Below, in pieces: positions 14,601 through 26,006 of a stretch of 64,000 nucleotides of DNA. This DNA is from Antedon mediterranea (Eukaryota; Animalia; Echinodermata). A model generated the notes under the pieces. The model made no database searches. It was not told the origin of the DNA and was given only the letters and a program-made list of their open reading frames with translations. The position numbers were made by a program, and so were the translations under genes. Within the stretch, counting starts at the first letter, position 1. Each line of letters begins with the position of its first letter. The stretch lies in assembly GCF_964355755.1 (NCBI RefSeq), contig NC_092679.1:21559432-21623431 (forward strand), read 5' to 3'.

Positions 14601-17600
14601 GTTATATTTTAATGCACTTCACATTCAATTTTAAGCAATACAAAAGCCAATAAACACAAAACAGTAATTGTTTTCCAACCTTTCCACTCCAGTTTTAACA
14701 CCCATTCATAGAAGAAAATCAATTTAGCTTTTCTATTGTTCGCAGTTGCTTCGCCCTCTATTGAAGACAATTCACAGATTTCACAAGTACCTTTAGACAC
14801 AAAAAAATTAGTCAAGACAATTTAGTAATTCTAATATAGTAAAATTGTTTGAGAGTTTGCATGGCGAAATCAAATGTGGATATAAGTTTGTGGTGCACCA
14901 CATATATTAGTTTTGAAAATATATTATACGTTGTGTACCGCAAACTTTTATTTATTATATTGTGAAAACTTTTCATTTATATTTTTAAAATGTAAACTTG
15001 TTGTTTCTAAAGCCTGTTTTCCTGTTGACGTTATTCGACGCTATCATTAACAATAATCGTATCTCTATAAGTTCACAACAAAGGGTTTCTGTACAATAAT
15101 CAATGTCAGGAAAAAAATTATTTTGAAATCTTTCTAATCTTTTCTTAACGATTATTTATGACGACACCGCCTCCTGCTGCTGCGTGGTGGTAAACTAGGC
15201 CTGTTGACGTTATTCGACGCTATCGTTAACAATAATCGTATCTCTATAAGTTCACAACAAAGGGTTTCTGTACAATAATCAATGTCAGGAAAAAAATTAT
15301 TTTGAAATCTTTCTAATCTTTTCTTAACGATTATTTATGACACCGCCTCCTGCTGCTGCGTGGTGGTAAACTAGGCCTAAACAAATTCTCATTATGTTCG
15401 TTTCAGAACATCTTGAATTCTTAATCTTACCTTTCTCATTTTCGATTTTCAAAAACATAAGTAAATTCAGCAGCTTCTCTTTCGACCATGCTGATGCATT
15501 TTTCTCAGTCCTAAAAAAAAAGAATTTTTTAAAGAAATTCAGTAATATTCAAATAATAAATATAACTTAGGCCTACTAGAATATGCCTATTCTATATTAA
15601 GAATGCATTGCTATAAGCCTGGCCCTAGGGTAGGGTCTAGCTAGGCCTGCCTAGCCTACTAGCGGCATATGACCGTTTCGGCCACAGACAGTTTCGGCCA
15701 CAACAGATTTCTATGGCGCGTCATTCACGCACATATATTGCTATTGTTTTTGTTATTAGTTATCGCATCTCATGCTTTGTTGTATAGTATTTTTATGACT
15801 AATTACTACACATTACAGTGTTATCCTTCTTAACTTTATTCCACTACAATTTGCATTTTATTAGATTTGTTGTTTTCATTCCAGTTTAGTTGTATCATGG
15901 AGTAAATTGTATTTTATTAGGCCTAGGCCTAGTCTGCTGGCTAGGCCCTAGGTCTAGGCTAGACTCAGCCTACTTAGGCCGAATACGGATCACTCCAGCC
16001 GCGCTTCACTCCGGCCGCGATTCATTCCGGCCGCAGATATGGGGCGCCCAATTAGTCTTTTACAACCGAGACACGTTTTTTGTAGAGAATCAAAATAAAC
16101 ATTTGTAACATACAGTATATTTTTTTCTCTTTCAAGATCAAAACAACATCGCAAGTGTTTTAAAATAGGTCTAATAAAACAAAATAATTTATGTGTTTTA
16201 TCCAATGTAATAGGCTAGTATATTAATTGTAATGTGATTAATTAATGTAATTGATTGCAATGTACCCTATATATCAAGTTAAGATTCAGCCTTGGAAAAT
16301 TGAAAAGTTGTTCAAAAAAGTGAAACGAAATAAAGCAAGTGGTCCTGATAACATTAGCGGCTGTATTCTGAGGACATGTGCCCATGAACTGTCTATTCCT
16401 TTTACCAAACTGTTTCAACTGTCGTTAGATAATCATATTGTACCATCGGTCTGGAAAGATGCATCTATTATTCCAGTACCCAAAATTCCAAACCCTAAGA
16501 TTTTGAATGACTACCGCCCAATAGCCTTAACCTCGATAGTGATGAAATGTTTTGAAAAATTTATGTGTAACTCAATTATTACTCCCTTATCCCATTTAAT
16601 TGATCCATATCAGTTTGCATACCAATCATGCAGATCTGTCGATGATGCGATACTAACTCTTACCCAACTGCTAAACCAGCATACAAATAACTTAAGTTGT
16701 TATGCAAGAGTTACCTTTGCTGACTTCTCCTCAGCATTTAATACCCTTAATCCTGCCATCTTAATAGATAAGTTGATTAAGCTAGAGGTGAACCCATCCA
16801 TAATTAAATGGATTGAAAGTTTCTTATGCAATCGAACACAGAAGGTATCTCTTGGTAACTATAAGTCGAGTGTGATCAACACAAATATAGGATCACCCCA
16901 AGGATGTGTGTTAAGCCCCCTCCTATTTATTTTATATACCAATGACTGTAAGTCAACTTCTAGTAGCATACATTATTTAAAATACGCGGATGACACCGCC
17001 ATTGTTGGCCTATTAAAAAACAGAGCTAGTGAAACTGAATATCATGATGAAATCGTTGCTTTTTCGAATTGGTGTAAGGCAAATTGCCTCTTGCTAAACG
17101 AAAAGAAAACCAAAGAAGTAATAATTGATTTTCGAAAAAAATGTACTGCTCTGGCTCCCCTAAAAATTAATAATCAGGAAATTGAATCTGTTGAAAGCTA
17201 CAAATACCTAGGTGTGACTGTTGATAACAAATTTAGCTGGGAGAAACACTGTAAAAATACTATAAAAAAAGGAAATACACGACTGTTCTTTCTCAGAAAA
17301 CTGAGAAATTATGGGGTAGATAGAACTGTATTAAATTTATTTTACTCTTCGATTGTTGAGAGTGTGCTCACTTTCTGTTGTGTTGCCTGGTTCTGTGGAT
17401 GTAGAACAGAAGAAAAAACCAGATTACAACGAATATTAAATAAAGTAGGTAGGATCACAGGATCTAGACATAATTTGGATGACCTTTGCAACAAAATCAT
17501 AAGAAATAAGGCTATGAAAATATGCGACGACTCAAACCACCCTTTAAATAAACATTATGTTAAAATGAGATCAAAAAGACTAAATGTGCTGAGATCGTGC

Positions 17601-18751
17601 AATAGTAGGGTTATGCGATATTTTAATTCTTTTGTTCCGTATTCTATTAGACTGTTAAATGATTTTGCATAATTTTTGAAATTTTTTATGTATTGCAGCT
17701 TTTTATTTTTTATTTAGTTAATTGTAGTCTTATGTTCATACTTGTACATTGTTAAATAATATATAGTGTTTTTAAATATTGTAATTAATTTTTTTTTTAT
17801 ATGAAACGTTTTTATATATTTCTGTACAATTTTGTGAAAAGCACTCAAAATATTTTCCTATGTGGACGAAAATAAAGTTATCAGTTATCAGTTATATGTC
17901 ATATTATTTTTATCATATATAAATAAAAATATAAAATCATTGTAAATTGGACTGTAATTAATTATTAACTATTATTAGTAAGTATGGGTACAACATTTAC
18001 TGGCAAGAAGTATTATAAAAATAAGGTTTTTAACTAATTTAACTATAAAATGTACATAGAAAAAAATTAAATATTGTTATTCAAGCATTTATAATTAGAC
18101 GGGTATTTGATTATTTGTTAAGTTAAGTTTGAAAGAAAAAGCAGTTCCAACTTCTTTGAATGTTAATGAAAAAAGTAAAATTGTTGCTAATAAATATTCA
18201 ACTAGGCTAGTTCCATTTAAATTCTTTTTTGTTTAAAATTTATTTGGTCACCAAGAATTTGTTATAACTGAACAGTATAGAAAACGTAGATATGGGCGCT
18301 CCATACTAACGGCCCCTTTGCACAGGAAGTCGTCGAATTGAATAGCGGCCGGAGTGCATAACATCGCGCCAAACTGATACGGCGGCCGGAGGGAAGCGCG
18401 GCCGGAGTGATCGGCTTCTCCTCCTAGCCTAGCTAGCTAGAGAGACACCTGCTACTACACTAGAATTTAGAAACACATGAATGACTAGCCTAGAAGTAGC
18501 CTAGGCCTAGATAGAGACGGCCCAAACATTGCCTTCAGTTGAATCAACAACATACAAACATTAAACAAAGACGTCAGCTAGGCTAGGCCTAGCCCTATTA
18601 CGCCTGCGCATCCGGCTTCCGTCTTCAGGAGAGAAGTGCGTTTTTCTAGTCATAACGACAAACTTACTTACCAATGCCAGTTGTTTACATTCGTCGCATC
18701 AGGCCTTTCTTCAACAATCCATCTAGGATCACCTTCACCCCATTTTGCCAT
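11624..18751 (-). CDS. AHSA1: Activator of HSP90 ATPase homolog 1 (Aha1); 10 coding exons
   Basis: Exons 18751-18672, 15510-15431, 14790-14680, 14383-14298, 13898-13778, 13445-13360, 12991-12845, 12325-12224, 12058-12007, 11796-11624, all in phase. Begins MAKWGEGDPRWIVEERPDATNVNNWHWTEKNA; contains NNRKAKLIFFYEW, IEIPNLSDEN, FSLFGGNVTG, IVQKWRFSNWP; ends GWKENFWGRIRQTFGFGINLF*. Confidence 0.96.
15021..15378. repeat. Tandem duplication, ~180 bp x2
   Basis: cctgttgacgttattcgacgctatc...gtggtaaactaggcct repeated almost identically. Confidence 0.92.
16251..17672 (+). CDS. Reverse transcriptase ORF (5'-truncated ORF2) of a Rex1/Babar-like non-LTR retrotransposon
   Basis: 473-aa uninterrupted frame with KASGPDNI, DYRPIALTSIVMKCFE, QFAY, DFSSAFNT, GSPQGCVLSPLLFILYTND, KYADD and YKYLG. 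No endonuclease domain or true ATG start. Confidence 0.9.
   Translation: MIAMYPIYQVKIQPWKIEKLFKKVKRNKASGPDNISGCILRTCAHELSIPFTKLFQLSLDNHIVPSVWKDASIIPVPKIPNPKILNDYRPIALTSIVMKCFEKFMCNSIITPLSHLIDPYQFAYQSCRSVDDAILTLTQLLNQHTNNLSCYARVTFADFSSAFNTLNPAILIDKLIKLEVNPSIIKWIESFLCNRTQKVSLGNYKSSVINTNIGSPQGCVLSPLLFILYTNDCKSTSSSIHYLKYADDTAIVGLLKNRASETEYHDEIVAFSNWCKANCLLLNEKKTKEVIIDFRKKCTALAPLKINNQEIESVESYKYLGVTVDNKFSWEKHCKNTIKKGNTRLFFLRKLRNYGVDRTVLNLFYSSIVESVLTFCCVAWFCGCRTEEKTRLQRILNKVGRITGSRHNLDDLCNKIIRNKAMKICDDSNHPLNKHYVKMRSKRLNVLRSCNSRVMRYFNSFVPYSIRLLNDFA
16260..17895 (+). mobile_element. 5'-truncated Rex1/Babar-like LINE in AHSA1 intron 1 (antisense to host)
   Basis: RT ORF followed by a T-rich 3' UTR, AATAAA at about 17872 and a (GTTATCA)n short-repeat tail. 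Confidence 0.85.
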
Positions 18752-18855
18752 TTTTCTAATATCTGTTATAAAAGTAAATGTTTAAAATTGATCTTATAAA
18801 TGATGATAAGACCGGTGTTCTTTTTTACACTAGTTTTAAACATAAAATATCCTTG

Positions 18856-18870
18856 AGAACATTCGAGAAT
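18856..18870. promoter_or_regulatory. Heat shock element (HSF site) upstream of AHSA1
   Basis: aGAAcaTTCgaGAAt is a perfect 3-unit nGAAn inverted array about 105 bp upstream of the ATG; AHSA1 is a known HSF1 target. Confidence 0.75.
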
Positions 18871-18936
18871 TATTGTCTACTGTGTAGCCTAACATTTTAG
18901 TAAGCGGCGCGTGTGAAAACTCGAGCGTAATATAAT

Positions 18937-18954
18937 TACCCAAAATGCATCGGC
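18937..18954 (+). promoter_or_regulatory. Staf/ZNF143-like site in the AHSA1 promoter
   Basis: TACCCAAAATGCATCGGC matches the YWCCCRNMATGCA consensus. Confidence 0.5.
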
Positions 18955-19042
18955 TCTATATATGGCTCTCTGAACTGAACTTTTATTGTCTGGCGGTCCA
19001 GTCACTGAATTTTAATATAAATTATTTTGTATTTAATACACT

Positions 19043-19061
19043 GTGCTCCCCTGGTGGCAAA
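19043..19061 (-). promoter_or_regulatory. CTCF-like motif
   Basis: Reverse complement TTGCCACCAGGGGAGCACA resembles the CTCF core CCACCAGGGGGCGC. Confidence 0.45.
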
Positions 19062-19815
19062 TTGGGTTCAATTGAGCACAGTGGTATATAGAAATAAAGT
19101 CACTAAATTTTAATAAATTTAAGAAAAAAAAATCCTTTGTTGATAATTAAGTTTGTGATAGGCCTACACAGTTCTGAAATAAACTGATGAGTTTCTCGAC
19201 GTTTTGATCAATATGCTTGATCGTCCTCAGAAATAATATCCTCTGTGTTCCCTTTAGCAGATTAAAAAAGTTAAATGTTGATGTTGTTAATTTTTACATT
19301 AGAAGATTGTTTAAATCATGTAAATAAAACATTTTCCGGCCGGCCGGGAACCTATCAGCTCCCCTCTTTTAGTTGCAAAAGTAATCTCGAAAAGAACTCC
19401 ATGTGGAAAGAAAGCCCACCCAGAGTACTAAAATGAAGGAGCACATGGGTTTCTTTTCGAGGTTTAAATGGCAGTCTATTTAATGGAAAATAATGCCATG
19501 CAACTGATTTTAAAAAAGGTTGTTTTTAGGCATGTGACATTTATAACCCTCAAAATATCTCTCTTTCAAAATAAAAGAAAAACAATATTCATTATTTTAT
19601 TTATTTTTTAGTTTTTTTTATTTATTTATTTTTTATTTCAAAAAAAACATCCGTAGAGGTTCGAACCCAATCTACTAGAGCTGAGAGCACCTAAAGCTGA
19701 GCACTACCCGTTAGGCCACAAAGTATTACATGACTGAACAGCTGATAATAGTCTATTTATACGTGTATTACGTAATTCGTCATAAATATCACATTAACCT
19801 TTTCAAAACCAAAAT

Positions 19816-19888
19816 AACCAGTTAGCTCAGTCGCCTGAGCGTCGTGTTAACAACACGTATGTCGTGGGTTCGATTCCCACGCTGGTTG
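19816..19888 (+). pseudogene. tRNA-like sequence (tRNA-Ile-like body, AAC at anticodon position); pseudo-tRNA or element-borne
   Basis: 73 nt cloverleaf: acceptor AACCAGT/GCTGGTT, D arm GCTC/GAGC, anticodon arm CGTG-TTAACAA-CACG, T arm GTGGG-TTCGATT-CCCAC. The D loop lacks the invariant GG and no T-run terminator follows directly. Confidence 0.6.
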
Positions 19889-21190
19889 GTGGAATAGAGT
19901 TAAAGGCATGCGGCCACTGTGTTTGGGGTTCACAGAATTATACGTCCCCCTTTCCACCACACATCATGAGGCGACAACATCAATGCATCTGGTGATGTGC
20001 TGGAAACGACCCCAAAAGGCTGTGGCAGGGCCTTAGTGCTGAGGCAGGGAGAGCACATTTAACATCTTTTTTTTATTTAATTTTTTTTCAACCTGTATTA
20101 TTCGATCTCGTAAATTTTATGTTTGCCGCCCTCAATTTTAAAAGAAATTAAATTTTATATTTTCATCGCAGGTGTACGAAACGGTTTGGTATGCCGTGCG
20201 TTGTTATGTTATGCAATGGTTGTGCAGGTGTAGTGGGAAATATGGTATTGTTAGTCATTCGCGGTCAACACGCCCAAACTGTTAAATTTTTATTTTGTTA
20301 ATCAATGTTGCTACATTACGAAAATGTCCGATTCATGCAAGATATTGTATTGTAAAATGTTATGAATAAACTTTTATGGTAGTTGGTACGGTGTGTAAGC
20401 GGCTGCACCGTCCTCAGAATAAACATGTTTTAAACAGATAGTTTGTCTCCGATGGTTTTTGTATGGGGTTAATGGAGAGTGAAATAAAATTAAATATAGA
20501 ACATGTGCAAAGATGCCATTTCTAGACCAATTTCGAAGCTTAGACCAATTCCGCTGCCGGGTAGGCCTTATACGAAGTCGAGTTTTAAAGTAGAACCCCA
20601 CCTTAAATGTTGAAGTCGCATCTGGATAGTTGAAATTTTAACATTATCATAATTATCATAGGTGATTATGTATAGTAATAAGTATAAGTATAGGATTCTT
20701 TGGCTCTATTTTCATTATTAGCTCTGCCCCAACCATGGTGGGCTAATACTGGAGACTTAATATTTCATTTCATATTTCAAAGAATAGGTGCACTTTCCGG
20801 GGACAAGCTCTATTGTCCTGGTGATTCTTATACAGTTTGTTTCATATAATTTAAAATCATGTGAAGTGCCATTTTTTTCGGGCGGGAACCATGCAGCTCT
20901 ATTTTTCAAAATTGTATTTGGTCTATCAATGTATAAACTAAATAAGCTAAAATGTCTGACTAAAAAAAAACCAAAAACTTATACATAGAAAATAAAACTA
21001 AAAAAACAATAACAGTATAAAGATACAATAGGTCAAAAGTATAAATAATACATAATCATGATTATTTTTACAAAAATCGAGATAAACACAAATATATGTT
21101 TATATGTATTTGAAGTTAGATAAGCAAGTAAACTAGTTTATTAATGTAAAACCCAAATAGGCTAATTATTGGGGTAATGTTGGTAATTTC

Positions 21191-24100
21191 TTATATAATA
21201 TCTAACCTGGTATCCCAGGTAGGCCTACTTTGTAGGTATTTTTTACAAGCCAAGTCAAAAATTTCCCCAAGAACAACGTTTTCATTATATAAATTGTCTA
21301 ATAACAAATGTAATTTCATTTCAGAGGTTCCTTCGTAGAAAGATTTCCAATAATGTTCAAACCCGTTATTCATTAATTGTAATTTCATTGGGTAGAAGAT
21401 TTCTTCTCTTAAGTTACTAAATGTATTACATTCTAACATAAAGTGTGCGATAGTTTCAGTGTCATTATTGCAGAGTGCACACATACCCGTACTCGTCCTA
21501 CCTTCAAGGTTTAGAGAGTTCGATCTCGCCTTAAATTTCAAACAACTTCTTTTAAAGTCATTTTTGTAAAGAAGGTATGGTTCTAGTATCGGTTTATTCT
21601 TGTACAATATATATTGTGTCAGAGATGATTTTGATTGTGCTCTCTTCTGCCATTCGTTATTATCGATATCTTTGTTCTTGCATTTAAATTGAGTTAACCA
21701 ATTACCAGGTGATTCGTTGGTGAACATATCACCCATGTTACATTTATGTAAGGCTTCTTTAACTTGATTTAACCATCCCCATTTTAATTTATCTTCAAGA
21801 ATGTTTATGGCGTTAAAAATCACATTGGACCATCTGTCCTTCTCCATGTTTTTAGGCGGTTAAAATATTTAATCCGAGAGTAGTTTGAAGCGATTCTAGT
21901 GATTGCCAGCCCAAGTCACCATATAGAGCTGCCTCTTTGCAACGTTACGCGGAGCCTTAAGAATGGTTCTCGCCATTAAAAACTGCAGGTTTTCAACTTT
22001 TGCCATTGTTGTTTTCCCGTTACAGTACCAAACTGAGCATGCGTAATTAATGGTAGGGATTCCGATAGATTTCCATAATAGGTCCCCGTAATAAATTCTG
22101 TTAAAATCATCTTGTTCATTTATAATGGATTTAATATACGCAATGATGCGATTACCCTTCTTAATAACTTCGTCTATGTGAAGATTGTCCGACAACGTAC
22201 GAGAAATATATACTCCCAAGTATTTGTATTTATCAGTTTCTGTTATAGAATTGTTTCCTAACCTCCATTTTCTATATAAGTTGGTCCTTTATCCTGTGAT
22301 AAGGACATTTGATTTATCATAATTAAATGACATTTTCCATTCTTTAGCGAATTCTGTAGTAGTTTGTAAGAGCATTTTAAGTTCCTTCTCGTTTTCTCCT
22401 ATTAGCACGACGTCGTCGGCCCATAATAAACAATTAATTTTAGTGTTAAAGATGTTAACACCTAGATCTGAGTTGTTCGCATTATACGTAATTCATTGAT
22501 GTATATTGAGAAGAGTGTTGGCGATAATGAGCATCCCTGTTTAACACCTTCATCGATATCAAATATCGTACGTTGTCTCTAAATTAGCAAATTGGACCTT
22601 ACATTTAACATTCTCATATAAATTTTGTACGATATTAATTAGGTTACCTTTTATACCGATTCGGCATAATGCTTTTATTAGTCCTTCTCTCCAGACTGTA
22701 TCGAATGCTTTTCGGAAATCGAGAAAAGCCAAAAATGTCTTTTTACACTCGGCTTGTCGAGTAGCTATCAAGCTTTTAAGGGTGACGATATGGTCTTCAC
22801 ATCGTCTATCTTTACGGAAGCCCCCTTGTGCTTCGGTTAATACATTAAATCATACTCTTCAAGGAATTCTGATATTCTTCGAGAAATTATTCGACTATAG
22901 AGATCTTAGCAATGCATGCGTTTAAGGTAATTCCTCTATAGGCCTAGTTATCTAAATTTCGCCGGTCGCCTTTTTTAAATATAGGAACTATTGTGCCGTT
23001 GTTCCATTCCTGGTATACATTCGAGATGGGAGAGCCTTTTAAACAGTTTATACAGTACGTGTTGCAACTATTGTTTTGTTGTTTGTATTATCATTGCCCG
23101 GGCTTTTTTTTTTTTACATAGGGAGACTGCGTATTTTACATCTTCACATGAGAATTCGAGTTTATCCAGAGTAGCGGTTTGAACATTTATGCTGTAGCTG
23201 TCAGCTAAATTGTCATTAAATAGATCATTCTCTACATCTAAGTTTTTAGTCGCGTGGAAGCGACTCTATAGTTCACTATGTCGGTTGGTCGGTCTGTCTG
23301 TCTGTCTGTCTGTCTGTCGGTCTGTCTGTCGGTCTGTCTGTCGGTCTGTCTGTCTGTCTGTCGGTCCGGTATCACTATGCGTTTTATCGCTTTCTGACCT
23401 TATCTTGATATCAGTTTAATCTAGCTAGGTCAATTTTTCACAGTATATTCCTTATGGCCAGGAATCAATGTGGTTATGTTTTCACGGTGCGCAATACAAA
23501 ATTACGCGGTCTACGCACGATTTAACGAAATCACGTTTGTAATCATATCTTCACAACCATGAATCACAATTAAATAAAATTTGGTACTCATAAATTTCAG
23601 GGCATAAATCATCATATGGCAATACAATTACGTGCGTAGCGCATGTAACGCATGCGTACGCGCGCTTAACATTTTCAAAATTTATTTTCGATGAAATAAG
23701 AGTACATTTCAGGCAATTTTAAGCGTTTACAAAATTGCCATGAGTGCGCATATTTTTGCGCGCGCACTGCGCGTTAAATGTTATTGCGCACTCTTTTTGC
23801 CCGATTTCTGTTTTCTTGACTTACTTTTCAACTCGAAATTACGTTATACGAGCACGTCGAAAGTGACAGGCTACGCACGTGTAAATTTAAAAAAAATAAA
23901 TGTTTTTAAACATTTCAACATTTTTAAACATGTTCAGTAATTTCGGTCAGTATAGTTCACTATGTCGGTCAGTCGGTCTCTCTGTCTGTCTGTCTGTCGG
24001 TCTGTCTGTCGGTCTGTCTGTCGGTCCGGTATCACTATGCATTGTAGCACGCGACTTAATGGCTGTTGGCCTTGTTCTTACCTAAGGTATTAAAGTAATT

Positions 24101-24260
24101 GGTTAACGAGGACTTAATTATGGGTATACGTCTGATGTTACATTGTCCGTTCCCGGAATTATTATAGATGTAACATTGTTTGTTCGTTTATTTCCTTTTA
24201 AAACTGACCAGAAGTCTCTAGACTGAGGTCCGCCCTTTTCCATTATTTTTGAACATCTAT
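21191..24260 (-). mobile_element. Decayed non-LTR retrotransposon ORF2 (CR1/L2-group-like), frameshifted and split by an insertion
   Basis: Minus-strand fragments: QGGFRKDRRCED, FLAFLDFRKAFDTVWR, GVKQGCSLSPTLF, LLWADDVVL, YKYLGVYI and a C-terminal CALC...ETIAHFMLEC zinc-finger-like motif. Multiple frameshifts; ORF-track pieces 22559-22771, 21896-22219, 21191-21847. Confidence 0.85.
23243..24076 (+). mobile_element. DINE-1/HINE-like non-autonomous Helentron element
   Basis: 5' TTTTT-AGTCGCGTG with a partial inverted copy (GCGACT) close by, (GTCT/GTCG)n microsatellites, 3' subTIR CACGCGACT and short GC hairpin GGCTGTTGGCC-TTGTT. Inserted at a TT site; removal rejoins the LINE sequence. Confidence 0.75.
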
Positions 24261-24378
24261 CCATCCGGATTTGTATACGAAAAGATATTGAAACTTAAAT
24301 GACTTTATTTCTATTTTTTTCACTGTGCTCCACTGTCGCCAAATTGGATCCATTTGAGCACAGTATTAACATACGAAA

Positions 24379-24602
24379 AGATGTATTGTCCCCCAAAAAC
24401 ATGTAAAATGAAGATTAATTGAATCAGACTTTGAATATGTTATTTTGTAGTTTTAATAAAATTAATCACTTCCATAGAAAATAATAATGAAAAATTCACT
24501 AAATACATTTTTGCAAAGTGGATAACTATTATGTTACATTAAAATGGCATATTTAACAAAAATTTTGTTAAGAATTATTTTTTTCAGGGGGACAATACAT
24601 CT
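24379..24602. mobile_element. MITE family B, inverted, internally deleted copy (others at about 13030-13246, 30510-30716, 43350-43623, 48940-49120)
   Basis: Same TIRs and shared internal sequence (gccattttaatgtaacataatagttat). Confidence 0.68.
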
Positions 24603-24794
24603 TTAATAAAGGCATAAATGGCGCTCCGTAGAGAAGTAGAGCGAGAATGCTCCCAGTCGTCAGCAGAATGACGCTCTCTGAATATAACCAAAGAACTTAT
24701 AACACAAGAATCTCCTGTTCGTCCGAAGCGCGTAACAATTTCGAAAGGCATTGTGGGATAGAATAGAGCTATGGGTGGCGCCATTGTGAGCCAT

Positions 24795-25040
24795 GGAGTA
24801 GGGCGCCCGCATCAAATTAGAAAGTCAAAATCATAGAGGGGTTCTGCTAATGCTCTAGAGGGGGTATAGAGTAATTGACTGAGGAGTAGGGCGCCCGCAT
24901 CAAATTAGAAAGTCAAAATCATAGAGGGGTTCTGCTAATGCTCTAGGGGGGGTAGAGTAATTGACTGAGGAGTAGGGCGCCCGCATCAAATTAGAAAGTC
25001 AAAATCATAGAGGGGTTCTGCTAATGCTCTAGGGGGAGGG
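24795..25040. repeat. Tandem repeat, ~87 bp x3
   Basis: ggagtagggcgcccgcatcaaattagaaagtc...gagtaattgact with a variable G run. Confidence 0.92.
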
Positions 25041-26006
25041 GGGGGGGGTAGAGTAATTGACTTCCTAGTTTGGAGGGGGCGCTGCTCCATGCTGTGAAAT
25101 GGCGTCGCCCAGTTTGACCTTTTAACCCTGTACTTCCGATACTGTGTTTTGAATGCAGTTGATATAACTCAAGAAGGGCAACGCAACTTATTTTAATTTA
25201 ATTCAACGTTGAATCAATCTATCTTTATGCAAGTTATCCAATATATAAATTTACCAATTTTGTTTGTGTGAATGCATTTGGTGGTTTATAATATGTTTAA
25301 TTAGTAGGCCAATATGCAAAAAGAAAGAGGGACAAGTCGCACCACCACTAGCTAGGCTATAAATAGGGGCCCTAGCTAGGCCTACTCCCCTACCTCCTAC
25401 CTAGGCCTAGGCCTACTTGTCATGTCAGTGTGTGTGTACTACTTTGAGGTGGCATTGAAAAGACTAGGCTAGGTCCAGGAGGCCTAGCCCTACTAGTAAC
25501 CGTGGCATCCTAGGCCTATTAGCCTACCTATCAATGGTGTCAGTCAAATAATCATTTTCTGGTTTTTTTATTCAGACAGCAATCGGCATAATTGATGATG
25601 GAGATGGTTGTCAACCGACTGCACACTTATCTTTTCGCACATTTTTTAACCATAACAGCACGATTGACTGTGACTACATTGCTTGCAGAATCACCTACTC
25701 CATCATGTCCCAGAGCCATAAAAAAATGCCAGGCATAGGCTAATTTCACTTCTGCGTTCTGTAGTAGTTCCCTATGCTATAATAGTAAGATAGAGCCCCC
25801 AAAATATTAGCATGCATGGCCGCAGTATCGACTGTCTGTATCAACTGTGCCACCAATCACAACCTCAACTCCGACTCCGCGTTTAGTTACAAGCCTATTA
25901 AAAATCCTTTATAAATATAGCCTTTCATTTATTACTGTCTATAATAGTTATCATAGTTTATATATTGAAACTTTAAATACTTTTTAACAGATCAAACGGC
26001 AATAAG

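Larger units (their letters stand above)
15988..18412. mobile_element. Non-autonomous TIR DNA element hosting the LINE insertion
   Basis: 31-bp GC-rich inverted repeats gatcactcc[a/g]gccgcgcttc[a/c]ctccggccgc at 15988-16018 and 18382-18412 (2 mismatches), with subterminal ccggccgc repeats at both ends. Confidence 0.7.

Noticed and set aside
19816-19888. Functional tRNA-Val(AAC) gene
   Set aside because: The D loop lacks the invariant GG, the anticodon stem has a terminal mismatch and no terminator follows; kept only as tRNA-like.
24795-25040. CRISPR-like appearance of repeated units
   Set aside because: Whole units are repeated with no unique spacers, no cas genes, and the context is eukaryotic.
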